NCBI RefSeq assembly: GCF_009914755.1
Contig: NC_060925.1
DNA: 64,000 bases
Origin: the human T2T-CHM13v2.0 reference genome, Homo sapiens
Strand: one strand, 5' to 3'
Shown piece by piece: positions 27,723 through 46,052 of the stretch (position 1 is the first letter of the stretch; each line of letters begins with the position of its first letter). Below the pieces are notes generated by a model, which saw only the letters and a program-made list of their open reading frames with translations, made no database searches and was not told where the DNA came from. The translations under genes and the position numbers were made by a program.

Positions 27723-28689
27723 GCTCCTATAATAAAAAATCAGAGGAAAATTTTAATCCTGAAGAAGGAATTTTTACTTACTGTGATCCAGCTGCCGTGC
27801 CATTTTGCTGTTGTTCTGGGTGCTACAAAATATGATTATGTAGATTAGAAGTAAATTGTATTGTGAAGTTTCATATTTTTAATTTTCTCACTTGTTTGCC
27901 CTTCTGATTTATATTCATTAGGGTTTGCATTTTACAAACATGTCTGATGTTTCAATGTGCTTATTTTGAATATAATGTGTGAGATAGAAGAGAATTCTAG
28001 ATCTAAGATGAAAAATAATTTTGGTAATGTTAGTAATTAGTAATTACAAATTTCAAGTTCTTTTACCGCACTAGTGTAACAGAGGACACGAAACAAACTT
28101 TCTGTTACAAGGAAAATCACTTATTACTGAGTCTTACATGGGCTGCTGATTCACGTTGTCCTATTCTATTGTGTGTTGTCTGTGACAAACAACTAAGATA
28201 TGCAGCAATTACTCCAGCATAGTTGTAAAGCAAGCTTACTAAAGATCACAGCATTTGAAGAGTAAAGGTGCTAAATATTTTAAGCAAACACTGGAATCTC
28301 AAAACAGAGTAAGGCTTTTTAAAACAACTGGACAATTAACAGGTTAAGAAAGCAAGCTATTTTGAAAAAGTTATTGCCTGAAAAGCAAAAGCACATAGTT
28401 GGTGAGAATCTATTAGTGCCAGCATTCTAGATGAAGATGTGCTAGAAAAAAACAGAAAAGATTCCACTTTTGTAATATTCAATTAGTCACATGATAATAT
28501 GTTACATGATGCTGAAAAGGCTTTGTGTAATAAACTGATAAACAATAGCTTCTGTTATCCAAGTTGACAACTTAACGGATTTTTGCCAATAATTGTCACC
28601 CTGCAACATTTTTAAGATTTATAAATTATGGAGAAATTTAAGAAACATTTTCTGCTACAAAAAATAATGCTACCTATAAAAAGCAAAGG

Positions 28690-33506
<4,817 letters not shown>

Positions 33507-34784
33507 AAAAAGCAAAGGACAAAACATACTTAATGTTTTGTCTTTATGTCTGGAAACAAAGCTGTGTCTTAAAGAAACTGTGTGGATACCCTGGTGTCCC
33601 ATAGTTAGACCACCTTGCATCCTATAGATGGTCAAAACTAATGGAAGAAAATGTATTTCTTCAGAAAGTGCTGTGACATAAGTGAATATCTTCTATAAGA
33701 AAGACTCTGGACTAAATACTTGAAAGAAAGAGTCAATTTAGACAGAGTAGCTGGGCTCAATGAGCTAAATAATCTAGCTAGGAAGAAGTACACTTACATA
33801 AGTCCCTTTTATGCAATTGTATGATTAATTTTAAAAAAGATCTTCAGAATATATGGGATGACCAATATGATGATGAATGTTCACTAAGAAAGTTGGGAAA
33901 GTGAGATATAAGTTGATTTCAGTCTCTATGGACAGATCTAATTAGGGTGAGGAGACTGGATGGAAGCTTCCAGACACTGGTAAATAACGTGTGCAAATGT
34001 GGGAAATTTGTTTGCCTTTGGTATATTGGACAGCACATGAGTAGATGTTTTATAATTTCATTAAATAGTCAACAAATATATGGAGTTATTATTATGCCTC
34101 ACTTATTGTATGAGGGGTTGTGGATCCAAGAGAACAAAATGGATATAGTAGGTTTGGGATGTGAGTATTTGATTTAAGAGAAGATTCAAAGTCTATATTC
34201 TTTATTACCAACACAAATTTATTAGAATACTGTCATGGTGGGGAAAGATGTTAAATAATTGCCTTGCAACTTCAAAATGCTAGTTTTTCCCAGAGAACAG
34301 GAAGACTTAAATAGCCTTAGTAATCCATATTAATTTCATAGTTATACAAATTATTAAAAGTGTTGATAAAACTAGAGCTTTATGCTTATAAATATTAGCA
34401 AAATTTCAGGGTTGCCTGAAAGTACCGAGGCCACACTTTCCATTCCACTCCTTGAACATGTGTTCTGGATACTAGCCAATATGTGTGTACATTAAAGGAA
34501 ATACAACTGAATCCTGTGCTTCTGTTTTTTCTTCTTCTTCTTCTTCCATAAGTACATATGTTATCATCTGAGTCAGGCACACAGTTAAGAATACTAGTGA
34601 AAGATTCATTGACTGCTTTCTCCACTCAGGACTAATGGCCACGAGAGATGGCAAATGTTATAATTCGTTTATAATCTCTGAATGTTCATATTATTTCTTG
34701 AATTCAATTTTATATAGGGAAGTGAAACATTTTGTCTGTACTGTAAGTCCATTTATACAAAATAAATTCAGGTATATTTAACTA

Positions 34785-35141
34785 CAGTAGTCCCATCTTA
34801 TCCTTAGGAAATATGTTCCAAGACTCCCAGTAGTTGCCTGAAACCACAGATAGTACTGAATCTTACATGCACTATGATTTTTACTACATACACATACCTA
34901 TAATTAAGTTTAATTTATAAACTGGGCACAGTAAGAGATAAACAATAATAACTATCATAAAATAGAACAATTATAACAATATACTGTAATAAAAGTTATG
35001 TAAATGTGACCCCTCCTTCTATCTGTTCTCTGCCTCTCTCTAAAAATATCTTATTGTTCTGTACTCACCTATTTTCAGAATCAGTTCACCACCAGTGACT
35101 AAAACTCCAGAAAGCAAAACTTCTGAGAAGAAGGGCTACAG
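34785..35141. mobile_element. MER44A-type Tigger MITE
   Basis: TA-cagtagtccc...cttatcc start, gggctacag-TA end, and typical internal gtttaatttataaactgggcacagtaagaga. Confidence 0.85.
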
Positions 35142-35814
35142 TAGTCACAATTAGTTCCAGGGTCACTTACAGCAAATATTTTTCCACCATTTCCTTAACA
35201 CTTAGTAACTTTATACAAAAGAGTGTATTTTGTACTTGTTTAAAACTAAAAAAATTAAGTGGCCCCTATACAATAAAAATGTGTGAAAAACAAACAATTA
35301 AAGATGCTGATTCTGTTTTCATCACCTAGAAACATGAATCATGTTGTAGTAAGTGCCCAAATATTAGACACATATACCATTGTTTAAATATAAGTTAGAA
35401 TATTCATTTTTGAACTCAATGTTTAATTATCACTATCTTAGATTATTTAAAGATAATCCATCATTGCTCATTTTTGCAAAATTGACTATATTTCCTATAC
35501 ATCCAAGAATTTCAGTTAATAACAATAAAATGCATAACTTTATGCAGTAAAAAAAATAGATCCCTAACGAATTTTTTGGCGGGCACTACATTTCTAGGAC
35601 TATACTGTTATTTCTTCTCAGCATATGTTTCCCTTGGAACCTGCCATGTTCCTAAACTGTGTCCCAGCCCCCTGATCACAGTTGATCATTTCAGGGATAA
35701 ACTTTGAACCAAGTTGTGCTAATAGTTTCCTTTACTGAGAGTTTTAGATCAGCAAATTAGAAAGGGAAATCACTTTCTCCGTATGTTAAATGTGTTATAA
35801 AGTTTTACTAGAGA

Positions 35815-36127
35815 GGCCAGGAACGGTGGCTCACGCCTGTAATCCCAGCACTTTGGAGGCCGAGGTTGGAGGATCATGAGGTCAGGAGTTCGAGACCAGC
35901 CTAACCAACGTGGTGAAACCCTGTCTCTACTAAAATTACAAAAATTAGCCTGGCGTGGTGGCACCTGCCTGTAATCCCAGCTACTCAGGAGGCTGAGGCA
36001 GGAGAATCGCTTGAATCGGGAGGCGGAGGTTGCAGTGTGCCGAGATCGCACCACTGCACTCCAGCGTGGGCAACAGAGCAAGACTCCTTCTCAAATTAAA
36101 AAAAAAAAAAAGAAAAAGAAAAAGAAA
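35815..36127 (+). mobile_element. AluS (Sg-like)
   Basis: Full dimer with A-tail; TSD core tttactagaga on both sides. Confidence 0.95.
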
Positions 36128-36646
36128 GGGTTTACTAGAGATCTATCAAAAGTGATCTTTCTTGCCATATTAAGAAAGTTAAGCTTTAGCAACCAAGAGT
36201 AAAGGATGTATACAGAACAAAGTAGATACAACAGGAGAGAGAGAGCATGAATTAGCTGGCCAGCTTACAGAGCCTCCGTTCTTAATCCTAGTCAATTTCT
36301 CTCCAAGGCCCAGCTTTATCCTTGCTCTTGGATTTACTGAGATATTATAGACATTTTCTCACTTAACTCTCACAACCATATGAGGTAGTTTTTAAAATAT
36401 TAATTTAAAAATGTGGAATGGTGATTCATAGTAGTTATGCAATTTTCCCAAGATAAACCAGCTAGTAAAGAGCCGAATCTGAGCTGGCTGGATTGCACTG
36501 AGTGCATCACCTGGTCATGCCACCATTGCAGAGGGAGCAGACTCAGGATGCCTATGTCTTATTTCATATTTGTGAGAAACCATCGGATTGTGAAACAATA
36601 GCTGGCTACTCTGGGACTAAAGTAAAACTTTTACTTCTAAAAATTA

Positions 36647-36657
36647 CATATATATAT

Positions 36658-36689
<32 letters not shown>

Positions 36690-36721
36690 CATACATACAC
36701 TTAGATATAGATAGATATAGA
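36647..36721. repeat. Compound (TA)n(CA)n(TA)n/(TAGATA)n microsatellite
   Basis: Read directly. Confidence 0.9.
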
Positions 36722-37689
36722 TTCCACAGCAAGTTAATAATCAGACTTTTCTAAAAAACAGGCTCTTAAAAACAAGATGATCATAGCCAAATTATAAGAG
36801 AAATGAATGATGGAAGAAATACTTAAGAATGGGTAATGATACTTGTTTTCCTTTATTAAGTATATTCAACAATTTTTGTCTCCTCTCATTTGAATTTATG
36901 GAAGTGTTTGCAATTTTACTCTTTCTAAAACATTTTTTTTAATTTTTAAAAGTTCCTGATATTATGGTATTTTTTACTCATTTTTTTTGTTTTTATTTTT
37001 GTCTGTTTTTTAACACTTCTAATTTCCATGATGTTATGATCCCAAGATCACAACAATTAATTCACTTAATTTTTAGATAATCAAAAAGGTAAAAATCAGA
37101 CCCAGGAACAGAAATCATGATGGAAATTTAATCTATGCATGTTCCTCCATTTTATTTCCCTTCTCATTGGTGCAGAGGCTCCTGCTGACAGCCAAATGGC
37201 CCAGTGCACACAAGAGAGTGCTCCAGATGATTATATTTCTAATGTCACTAAAATATTTTTCTTCTTACAAGATCCTCTAAGTGCTAATCCTCATAAAACA
37301 GAAGAAAAATGATATATTAACTCCATTTTACAGTCTCAGAGAGCATTTTAGTAACTTGACCTAAGTCACAAAATGAATAATTTGGTAGAACAAAATTTTA
37401 ACTCAGGTGTGTCTGACACCAGAGCCCCTGTTCTTTATCTACTATTTTGTTGCTTTGTTTGGCCTTATTCTGGTAATTTAGCTACATAATTACAATTGAT
37501 TTTTAAAACTATATGATACATGTTTATGTTCAAACATCAAAAGGATAACAATGAAAGTCTGCCTGCCAATCTGTGTCCACCAAAAACGATCTTCTCCTTT
37601 CTGGACTTGGTCAATATTATCAGTTACCTGTGCATATTTCCAGAGATATCCTATGCTTACAGGGGGAAAAATACATATGTTCTTTATCC

Positions 37690-38182
37690 TGTTCAATATC
37701 AGTTAACTATTATTCATAGAAAAGCACCTCAAAACTCAGTGACTTCAAACAATACACATTTATTATGACAAGTTTAAGGGACATTAAAATGTTTTTGCTC
37801 TGGGTCTCACTAGGCTGATCTCAAGTGGGTTCTCACTCACATATTTGGGTCAGCTAATGGCTTGCCAAGGCCCGGCTGCCTAGAATAGCCTCATTTACAT
37901 ATCTGGTGTTTGGCAGGCTATCAGCTGGGCCCACGGGTGACTAAGCATAGGAATGTTCACATGGCAGTGGCAGGGTTCCATGAAAGAGAGCAGAAACATG
38001 CAAGTCCCTTGAGGCATGGGCTCAAAAGCAGTAGACTTTCATGTCTGTCATATTCTATTGGCCAAAGCAAGCCATCTGGAAGTAGGAATCTACTTCTTTA
38101 TGGGAGAAGTTTCAAAGTCATATTGCAATAGACATGAATACAGAAAAGCATGAATGATTGGTGCCACTACTACAATCAACCT
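37690..38182 (-). mobile_element. MLT1-type LTR inserted in an old minus-strand L1ME relic (~37500-38720)
   Basis: cctcaaaactcagtgacttcaaacaatacacatttatt and catattctattggccaaagcaag are MLT1 antisense hallmarks. Confidence 0.65.
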
Positions 38183-39814
38183 ATTTATTCACATACTGTA
38201 TAAAATATGACATACTTGACACATTCTTCTGCACTTCCCTCCCTTTTAAGGCATTCAATATCATGTAGATCTTTTTATCATTTTCTATTAGTTCATAAAC
38301 AGCTTAATTATGTTTTACAACTGCATAATCTCTATAGTGTACAATCATCCATCTCTCTATATACTTTTTGTTTAACAAGCAATGTTGTATTTAAGACTAT
38401 ATCTACAGAATAGATTTGTAGTATTTGATTAGCATAGCAAAAGGGTATATGACTTTGTAATTTTTAAGCATATTGAAACATTTTTATGATATTTTGTACC
38501 AATTTATACTTCTAGTAAAAAAGTGAGCATCTTGATTATCCATACTCTTGGTCTATAACATTTAATCTAATTTTTGAATTTTGCAAGTATGACAGGTAAA
38601 AAATAATGTTTCAATTTGGTTTGAATAAATAAATGTGGCTGAACAACTTTTCATGTGTTTAATAACCTACTGTATTTTCATTTATAACCTTTGACTATTC
38701 CTTGGTTATTTGTTGCTTAATACCAGTGATTGAATTTGAATTCTTATAATAAAAATCCGTGTAGTTTTCTCAGATGTTTTAAAATACCTGTGAAGGTGTG
38801 TGCCTTGATTCATGAATATCTATATGACTTAGCCTAATTTGTACACTTAATTTACTCATTGCTCATTTTTACATTTTATTAGTATATATCAGTCTTTTAT
38901 TGTCTCCTCACCATTGGAGATACAAATTTTAATGTGAACCTATTCCCACAGAAGAATTACAGTGTTGTACAAAAACAATTAAAATAGAATAATGATTCAT
39001 GCAATAGTTGTACATAACAATATATAGGAGCATGTGGGAAGTTACCTAACCCAAAATTGAGGAAACATGAAAATGTTACTAAAGATGAATCTTGACAGTT
39101 AAATAAAACTTAACCAGTAAAATAATGGAGGGAGGGCATTCATTCAAATAAGGATAGCACTTGAGGCTCAAAGTCAAGAAAATATATCTTTAAGAAACAT
39201 AAATGAAAATATACTTTTAAGAAGTTTAAGTAGTCTTGGAACTAGAGTTCCACATCCAATATGAAAGTAGGTTTTGTGAGAAATGAGCTGGAGAGATAAA
39301 TGAAAGTTTAGAATCCTGGAGTTTACACTAAGATCCCCTAAATGATTCTAAATATCTAAGTGACTGAAAGAGTTACGCGTTTTAGGAAAAAAACATTAAC
39401 TCGGCAAAGACTGGAGAATGAATTGGAGCAGCACCAAATGGGTGGCTGTAAAAATGCAGGTACAAAATCATAAAGGACTAAATATGAGGAGTGAGACAAA
39501 GGTCAGTGATGACCATGCAAACCAGACAGCACTTTCCTGCAGTGCAGGAGTTTAAATGTCTCAAATAGTCTGTAAGTGGCTTTCAAAACAAGAATATGAA
39601 ACTGCCCCAGACTAGATGGTATAAGGGGTATGTAGTGATACAGAACAGTATACAGGCTCACACAAGAATTTACCTAATCCAGAATTGAGAAACAGGTTAA
39701 TACCCGGACTGAGGTGTTGAGCAGCATCTATTGTAGAAATCAGCTATCAAAGATGATATGAGTGAAAGGAAAAACATTCCATGCTCACGGATCAGAATAA
39801 ATATAGATAAATTG

Positions 39815-39910
39815 TTCTCATCCCTGAAATGCTCTGTGATTAGTTTCTCAGGACCCAACCTCCCATTGTATGTTCACAAAGGTCAAAGCCAAAAGATTTT
39901 GAAAATAGAG
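39815..39910. repeat. Templated insertion: inverted 56-bp plus direct 38-bp copy of 41520-41613
   Basis: 39815-39870 is the exact reverse complement of 41558-41613; 39873-39910 is an exact copy of 41520-41557. Confidence 0.97.
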
Positions 39911-40345
39911 CCCAGATAGCCAAAGCAATCCTAAACAAAAAGAAGCCAGAGGCATCACATCACCAGACTTCAAACTATACTACAATGCTGCAGTAACCAA
40001 GATAACATGGTGCTAGCACAAAAACAAACACATAGACCAGTGAAACAGGGTGAAGAACACAAAAATAAAGCCGCATACCCACAGCCATCTGAGGTTTGAC
40101 AAAGTTGACAAAAATAGGAAAGAACACCCTATTCAATAAATTGTGCTGGGAAAACTGGTTAACTGTTTGCAGAAGAATGAAACTGGACCCCTATCTATCA
40201 CCATATACAAAAAAATTAACTCAAGATGCATTAAAGTCTTAAATGTAAGACCTCAAATTTTAAAAACTCCTAGAAGAAAACCTAGGAAATACTCTTCTGG
40301 ACATTGGCCTAGACAAATAAATTATGACTAAGTCCTCAAAAGCAA

Positions 40346-40359
40346 ACACACACACACAC

Positions 40360-40390
<31 letters not shown>
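40346..40390. repeat. (CA)n(CG)n(CA)n microsatellite within L1
   Basis: Read directly. Confidence 0.92.
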
Positions 40391-42006
40391 TAATTGACAA
40401 GTGGGACCTAATTAAACTAGAGATTTTTGCACAGCAAAAGAAACTATCAACAAACAGACAACCTACGGAATGAGAAAAAAATATTCACAACCTATGCATC
40501 CAACAAAGGACTAATATCCAGAATTTATAAGGGTCTTAAACAAATCAACAAGAAAAAACAACTGTTAAAAAGCAAGCAAACAACACGAACAGAAATGCCT
40601 CAAAAGAAGACATACAAGCAACCAACAAACATATGCAAAAATGCTCAACATCACGAATCATCAGAGAAATGCAAATCAAAATCACAATGAGATACCATCT
40701 CACACTAGTCAGAATGACTAGTACTAAAAAGTAAAAAAATAACAGATGCTGGCAAGGGTCAAGAGAAAAGAGAAGGTTTATACACTGTTACTGGGACTGT
40801 AAATTAGTTCAGCCACTGTGGAAAGCAGTTTGGAGATTTCTCAAAGACTAAAAATGAGCTACCATTTGACCCAAAAATCTCATTACTTGGTATATACACA
40901 AAGGAAAAGAAATCATTCTATCAAACAAACACCCACACTCCTATGTTTATCACAGCACTGTTCACAATAGCAAAGAAATGAAATCAACCTAGATGCCCAT
41001 CAACAGTGGACTGAATAAAGAAAATGTGGTACATATACACCATGGAATTCTATGCAGCCATAAAGAAGAAGGCAATCATGTCCTTTGCAGAAATATGGAT
41101 GTAGCTGGAGGTCACTATCCTAAGTGAATTAACCAGATAACAGAAAATAAAATATGATTTGTTTTCACTTATAAATGGGAGCTAAACATTGGGTATACAT
41201 GGACATAAAGATGGAAAAAAATATGCACTGGGGACTCCAAAAGAGGGGAGGGAGGGAATGGAGCAAGGTTGAAAAACTACCTATTGGGTACTATGTTCAC
41301 TATTTGGGTGACAAGTTCAGTAGAAGCCCAAACCTCAGCATCATGCAATATTTTCATGTAAAAACCTTGCACATGTACCCCCTGAATCGAAAATTTTAAA
41401 AAAAAGAATCCAGCTATGAAGTAGCATATTTAGGGATGGGCTTTTTTTTAATGAATGTAAGGTATGGAGAACATTATGTATCCAGCTTAAGGATCTATTT
41501 TGTTTATCATGTAAAGAACTTCACAAAGGTCAAAGCCAAAAGATTTTGAAAATAGAGTACAATGGGAGGTTGGGTCCTGAGAAACTAATCACAGAGCATT
41601 TCAGGGATGAGAATTAAGGGAGAAAAAGGTAATCTGAAGGAAATAACATAATAATGGGCCAACAGCAAAGAAGACAAAAAAGTAAATAATGTGAAATTAA
41701 TCAGCCTCAAATGTTCAGATAAAATTTGACATGAGTTTGCCAGTGGAGATCTGAAGTAAGGCCTCAGTTGGAAGATAGAGGCTTGGAAAAGCCAGCAGGA
41801 AATATGGAATTATTTTTTATGTTTTGTTTCCCAGGAGCACGTGGGAATTAATGCAGACCAAACTCACCCAGAAACTTTTGTGTCATCAATAATTTCCTTA
41901 CTTTAATTATTAAAGAAGTAGCTAGCTAGATCAACTCAGATAACATTAGATGTTTAAGAAACATTTGATTTTCTATACATGCAAAAATATAAGTGCATTT
42001 TCCATC

Positions 42007-42309
42007 TTTTTTTTTTTTTTTGAGGCAGGGTCTCACTCTGTTGTCTAAACTGGAGTGCAGTGGTACAATCATGACTCACTACAGCCTTGAACTCCCAGTC
42101 TCAAGTTACCCTCCCAAGCAGGTGGGACTATAGACACACACCACCACCACTGGCTAGTTTGTTGTTGTTGTTGTTGTTTGTTTGTTTGTTTGTTTGTAGA
42201 GACAAGATCTCACTATTTTGCCCAGGCTCAAACTTCTGACCTCAAGTAATCCTCCTGCCTTGGCCTCCCAAAGTGCTGGGATTTTAGGCGTGAGTCACCA
42301 CGCCCAGCC
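42007..42309 (-). mobile_element. AluJ with small deletions and a (GTT)/(GTTT)n-expanded linker
   Basis: Poly-T followed by gaggcagggtctcactctg...tacagccttgaactcc (J-type); short TSD ccatct. Confidence 0.9.
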
Positions 42310-42346
42310 CCACCCATCTATTATGCTATAAAATTTCTGATCGTTC

Positions 42347-43012
42347 TGTATAATATCAGTATCCATCAGCATTCAGTTAGATTATACTAGTTGTTTTAAC
42401 AGAAGTAATTTAATGTTTTAAAAAAATGTTTACTTGATACAAAGTTATTAACTTAGTAACTGAAAAGGCAGAAAGAGAAGTTATCATGGTGGGAGCAAAT
42501 TCAAGAAGCAGCTACCACACTTATATCTGAACAAACAGAATGAAAGAGGCTAGAGCTATTAATCTCAGAAGCTTGGGGATGTCCTAGGGAGGTGAAATGT
42601 AGACATCTGAGAAAAGTAAGCTGCTCAGCTGGCACTGGTGTCTTTGAATTTGAGGAAGGGGCCCTATAGGCCTGGGAATCAAACCTGAGAGTTGAAGTGT
42701 CTGAGGAAGCTACCTTGAGAACGGTCTTGTGAGTACTGAACTCAAATGCTGCCATGAGAAGGTACTGTTGCTGCTGTTAAAAAAAAAAAAAAAAGGAAGT
42801 TTGCCAGTAGGGTGATTCTCATAGGAACACAGAGCCAATAGAAGTAAAATAAAAGAAAATGAGTCCCTAGCCTCCTAACCTCCCTCTAGCAGCCTCTATT
42901 CGTGGAGTTTAATGGGGAGACTGCTGGCAAAGCATAGACTTGAACTTCAGAATCCTAGACCCAGTATCACAAGGCAGAGTATAGAAAGGTAGGTTAGAAC
43001 TAAGAGACAATA
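42347..43012 (-). mobile_element. Ancient ERVL-class LTR (LTR41/LTR52-like)
   Basis: cctccctctagcagcctctatt...tcacaaggcagagtatagaaaggtag...gagacaata resembles the antisense of the 5' end of these LTRs. Confidence 0.5.
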
Positions 43013-44280
43013 CGTATTGTTTACATTATATAAAATATACCTGAATACCTGACCCAGAAAAATCTCTTTTAAGTAATTTTATATGTATGATTGTGTGTGT
43101 GTATACACACACACACACACACGCAATGAATTTATTGTAAAGACTTCCTCTAGGGTGTAATTAAAAACCTTTGTCCTTTATCTTTGGACCTTTTTTTAAA
43201 TGTTGCACTATTTGGGGATTTATTTTAATTTTGTTTTTCTGGCAATGTTACTTTACCTTTAGTAATCTAATTTAATATTTGAATAAATTGTCTGCTGTCT
43301 TACAGCAGCTAAAAACATTACCCATTACAGCGATAAAACCGTATTGGACTTAGTAAATGAAAAATGCATTAATATCTGGCTTGCAACTCTAGCTGAGCAT
43401 CCTGCTTCATTATGAGAGGCAGGAATCAACAAATCTGCCATCTGTCAGCATTTTCCCCAGCACAGACTCTTCTTTCTCTTGCTGCTTCACCTGTGAGCTG
43501 TATGCTCATAAACACAGTTTTCTGGGATGGTGGTATTATGTTTTGGCTCCTTTGGCACCAGCATTTGGAAATCCATTTGTCTGACTATCTTAAATCATGC
43601 AAATAGTTTTAAAAAAATCTTTCTTTTGCACTTTTCATCAAGATCAAATAAACATCCTTTTTGTTTAAATCATATTTCCATTCACCAAATTGAAATAAAA
43701 TACAAATATTTATGTGCATATAATAAAACCATTAGTGGAGCTGCAAAGGAAAATGAATATACATTTAAGTCATTTGAGCAGTATCATTTCACAGAAGCTC
43801 AAGCCTTTAGAGGCAAAAAGCAGTCTGAATTCTAATGAAATTTTCCTCAAGGAAAGAAAAAAAACAAGTGGCTTAAAAGAAGTAAATCATTAGAAGGAAT
43901 CGTGGTATCTTAAAACAAATTTTTGTTTTTATAAACTAAATTACTCTTAAAGCGTAAATTACTCAGTAAGTCTTCTCATGGGAAAACTGACCAATAGAAA
44001 AGATTGAATAAAATTAAAATACATAGATTTCACTGTAATATTTCATTTTCTAGTGAGTATCGTAACAACATTTTAGAACTCAAATACACGTTAGTTCACA
44101 TCATTTCTACTTTTTTAAATATTGCAGGTGGCATAGATTGGAGGGTCATATTCATGAAATCTAGATAGTTTGTATTATTTTTGAGTTAGTCTTGTTAATG
44201 GCTGTGCAGTTGCATATAATTTTTTTCAAATCATATGAATTAAAATTAGTTCCATGACAGGATAATACAGTAAAAGCATT

Positions 44281-44575
44281 TGTGATGGTTAATTTTATTA
44301 GTCAACTTGATTGGTCTAAGGGATACACAGATAGCTGGTAAAATAATATTTCTGGCTCTGTCTGTGAGGGTGTCTACAGAAGAGATATTAGCATTTGAAT
44401 CAATAGACTGGCTAAAGAAGATCTGCCCTCACTAAGGTGGGTGGGCATCATCCAATTCTTTGAGGGCCTAAATTAAACAAAAAGGCAGAGGAAGGGTGAA
44501 TTCACTCTCTCTCTTTTTGAGATGGGAGATTCATTTCCTCCTGTCCTGGGACATAGGGCACCAGTTTTCGAGTGT
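44281..44575 (+). mobile_element. MLT2 (ERVL) LTR 5' portion
   Basis: Starts TGTGATGGTTAATTTTATTAGTCAACTTGA; contains gtgggtgggcatcatccaat. Confidence 0.85.
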
Positions 44576-45622
44576 CATCAGTGGGTAGCTGATACATACT
44601 TATTTAATACTAACCTTGTATCCTGTGTCTCCATGAGGGAAGAAACATATCACTCTGAGTCAGCCATAACAGTTTTTTATGTCCTTAAAAACTAGGTTGG
44701 ATGTTATTATAAAGCTGTTCAAGAATTTCACATTGAAAAGTGGGTCAGAAGTTGGGAAGCTCTTTCTTTTTAGCCAAAGTTTCTGTGTATACAGAGTATC
44801 AAAGGAGAAACAGGTAACTTCATAAGCATAATGATTATGATAAACACAGGTAATCATTGAAGATACCAGAGGTAGCAGCAAGATCACTGCAAGTCTCATA
44901 AGCCAATGTGAATAAAACCTAGATTCAGTGATGTGCTCGACACAGATTTAAAAATGAGAATTCCCTTTGAGAGGTAAACTGGTAAAATATCACACACATT
45001 ACATGTGATTAGCCATTTGAAGAGCTAAACCTAAACACTACATCCATGAATGAAGAGTTTTAGGAAAACACAAAACTTCAGTTAAGGTGACCTAGGTATT
45101 ATCTCAAATCAAAAGACAGCTATAAAGTGATTATAATATATACAGAAACCTAAACTTATTTTGTCCCAGTTTATAGACAAAAATAATAATTTCAATGTCA
45201 TTCCAACAAAAAATGCCATATTAACTTTTTTAGAGACCTAGAAACATTGATGCAAAATTTCATATGAGAAAATAAGAGACCCAAAATGTCTGAGAAAATT
45301 GTGAAGAATGAGTGTAAGGGGGTAAGTCATTCTACCAGATATCTTTCTAAATTTGACAGGAATAGACAAAGTAATAGGAAGCTGATAAAATATATAATAA
45401 GTAATATATGACAGAAGTAGTTTAAATATTAGTGAGGAAAAGATGGACTAATCAAATATATATATTTAAATACATATATTAAATATATACATGTGTATAT
45501 TTATAAATTACAACTATATGAAAAAGCTACATTATACTACCACCTTAAATGACATACAAAAACAAAATGCAGATGGAAAAATATAGAATGTGAAAAAATC
45601 AAACTAAAAGAGTAAGTATGGA

Positions 45623-45905
45623 TAAGTGAAATGACTCAGAATTAGAAAGTCAGATACTGCGTGTTCTCACTTATATGTATGAGCCGCATAAAGTGTATAC
45701 ATTTACGTATAGTGTGGCATACAACTCATTGGAGACTCTGAAAGGTAGGAGGGCAGAAGTGGGTGAGGGATGAGAAATTACTTAATGCGTACAATGTATA
45801 CTAACTCAGATGATGCTTACCCTAAAAGCCCAAACTTCAGCACTCTGTAATATATCTATGTAGCAAAGCTGCACTTGTACCCCCTGAATTTACACCTTCC
45901 CCCAA
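45623..45905 (+). mobile_element. L1PB4/L1MA-type 3' end fragment
   Basis: 3' UTR sequence; near-TSD aaaagagtaagtatgga / aaaacagtaagcacgga. Confidence 0.8.
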
Positions 45906-46052
45906 AAAACAGTAAGCACGGAGACCGTTTTTAAGACAATGGGATCAAACAGGACTTCTGAAGTAGCCTCAAAAAGCATAAACTGTAAAGGAAAAGACTG
46001 AAAAGTTTGACCTTATATTAAGGAAAAAATTAATGGTCATATAAAAATTAAC

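Larger units (their letters stand above)
39751..41404 (+). mobile_element. 5'-truncated L1PB
   Basis: ORF2 3' part and L1PB 3' UTR; near-TSD agaaatcagctatcaa (39735-39750) / agaatccagctatgaa (41405-41420). Confidence 0.9.
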
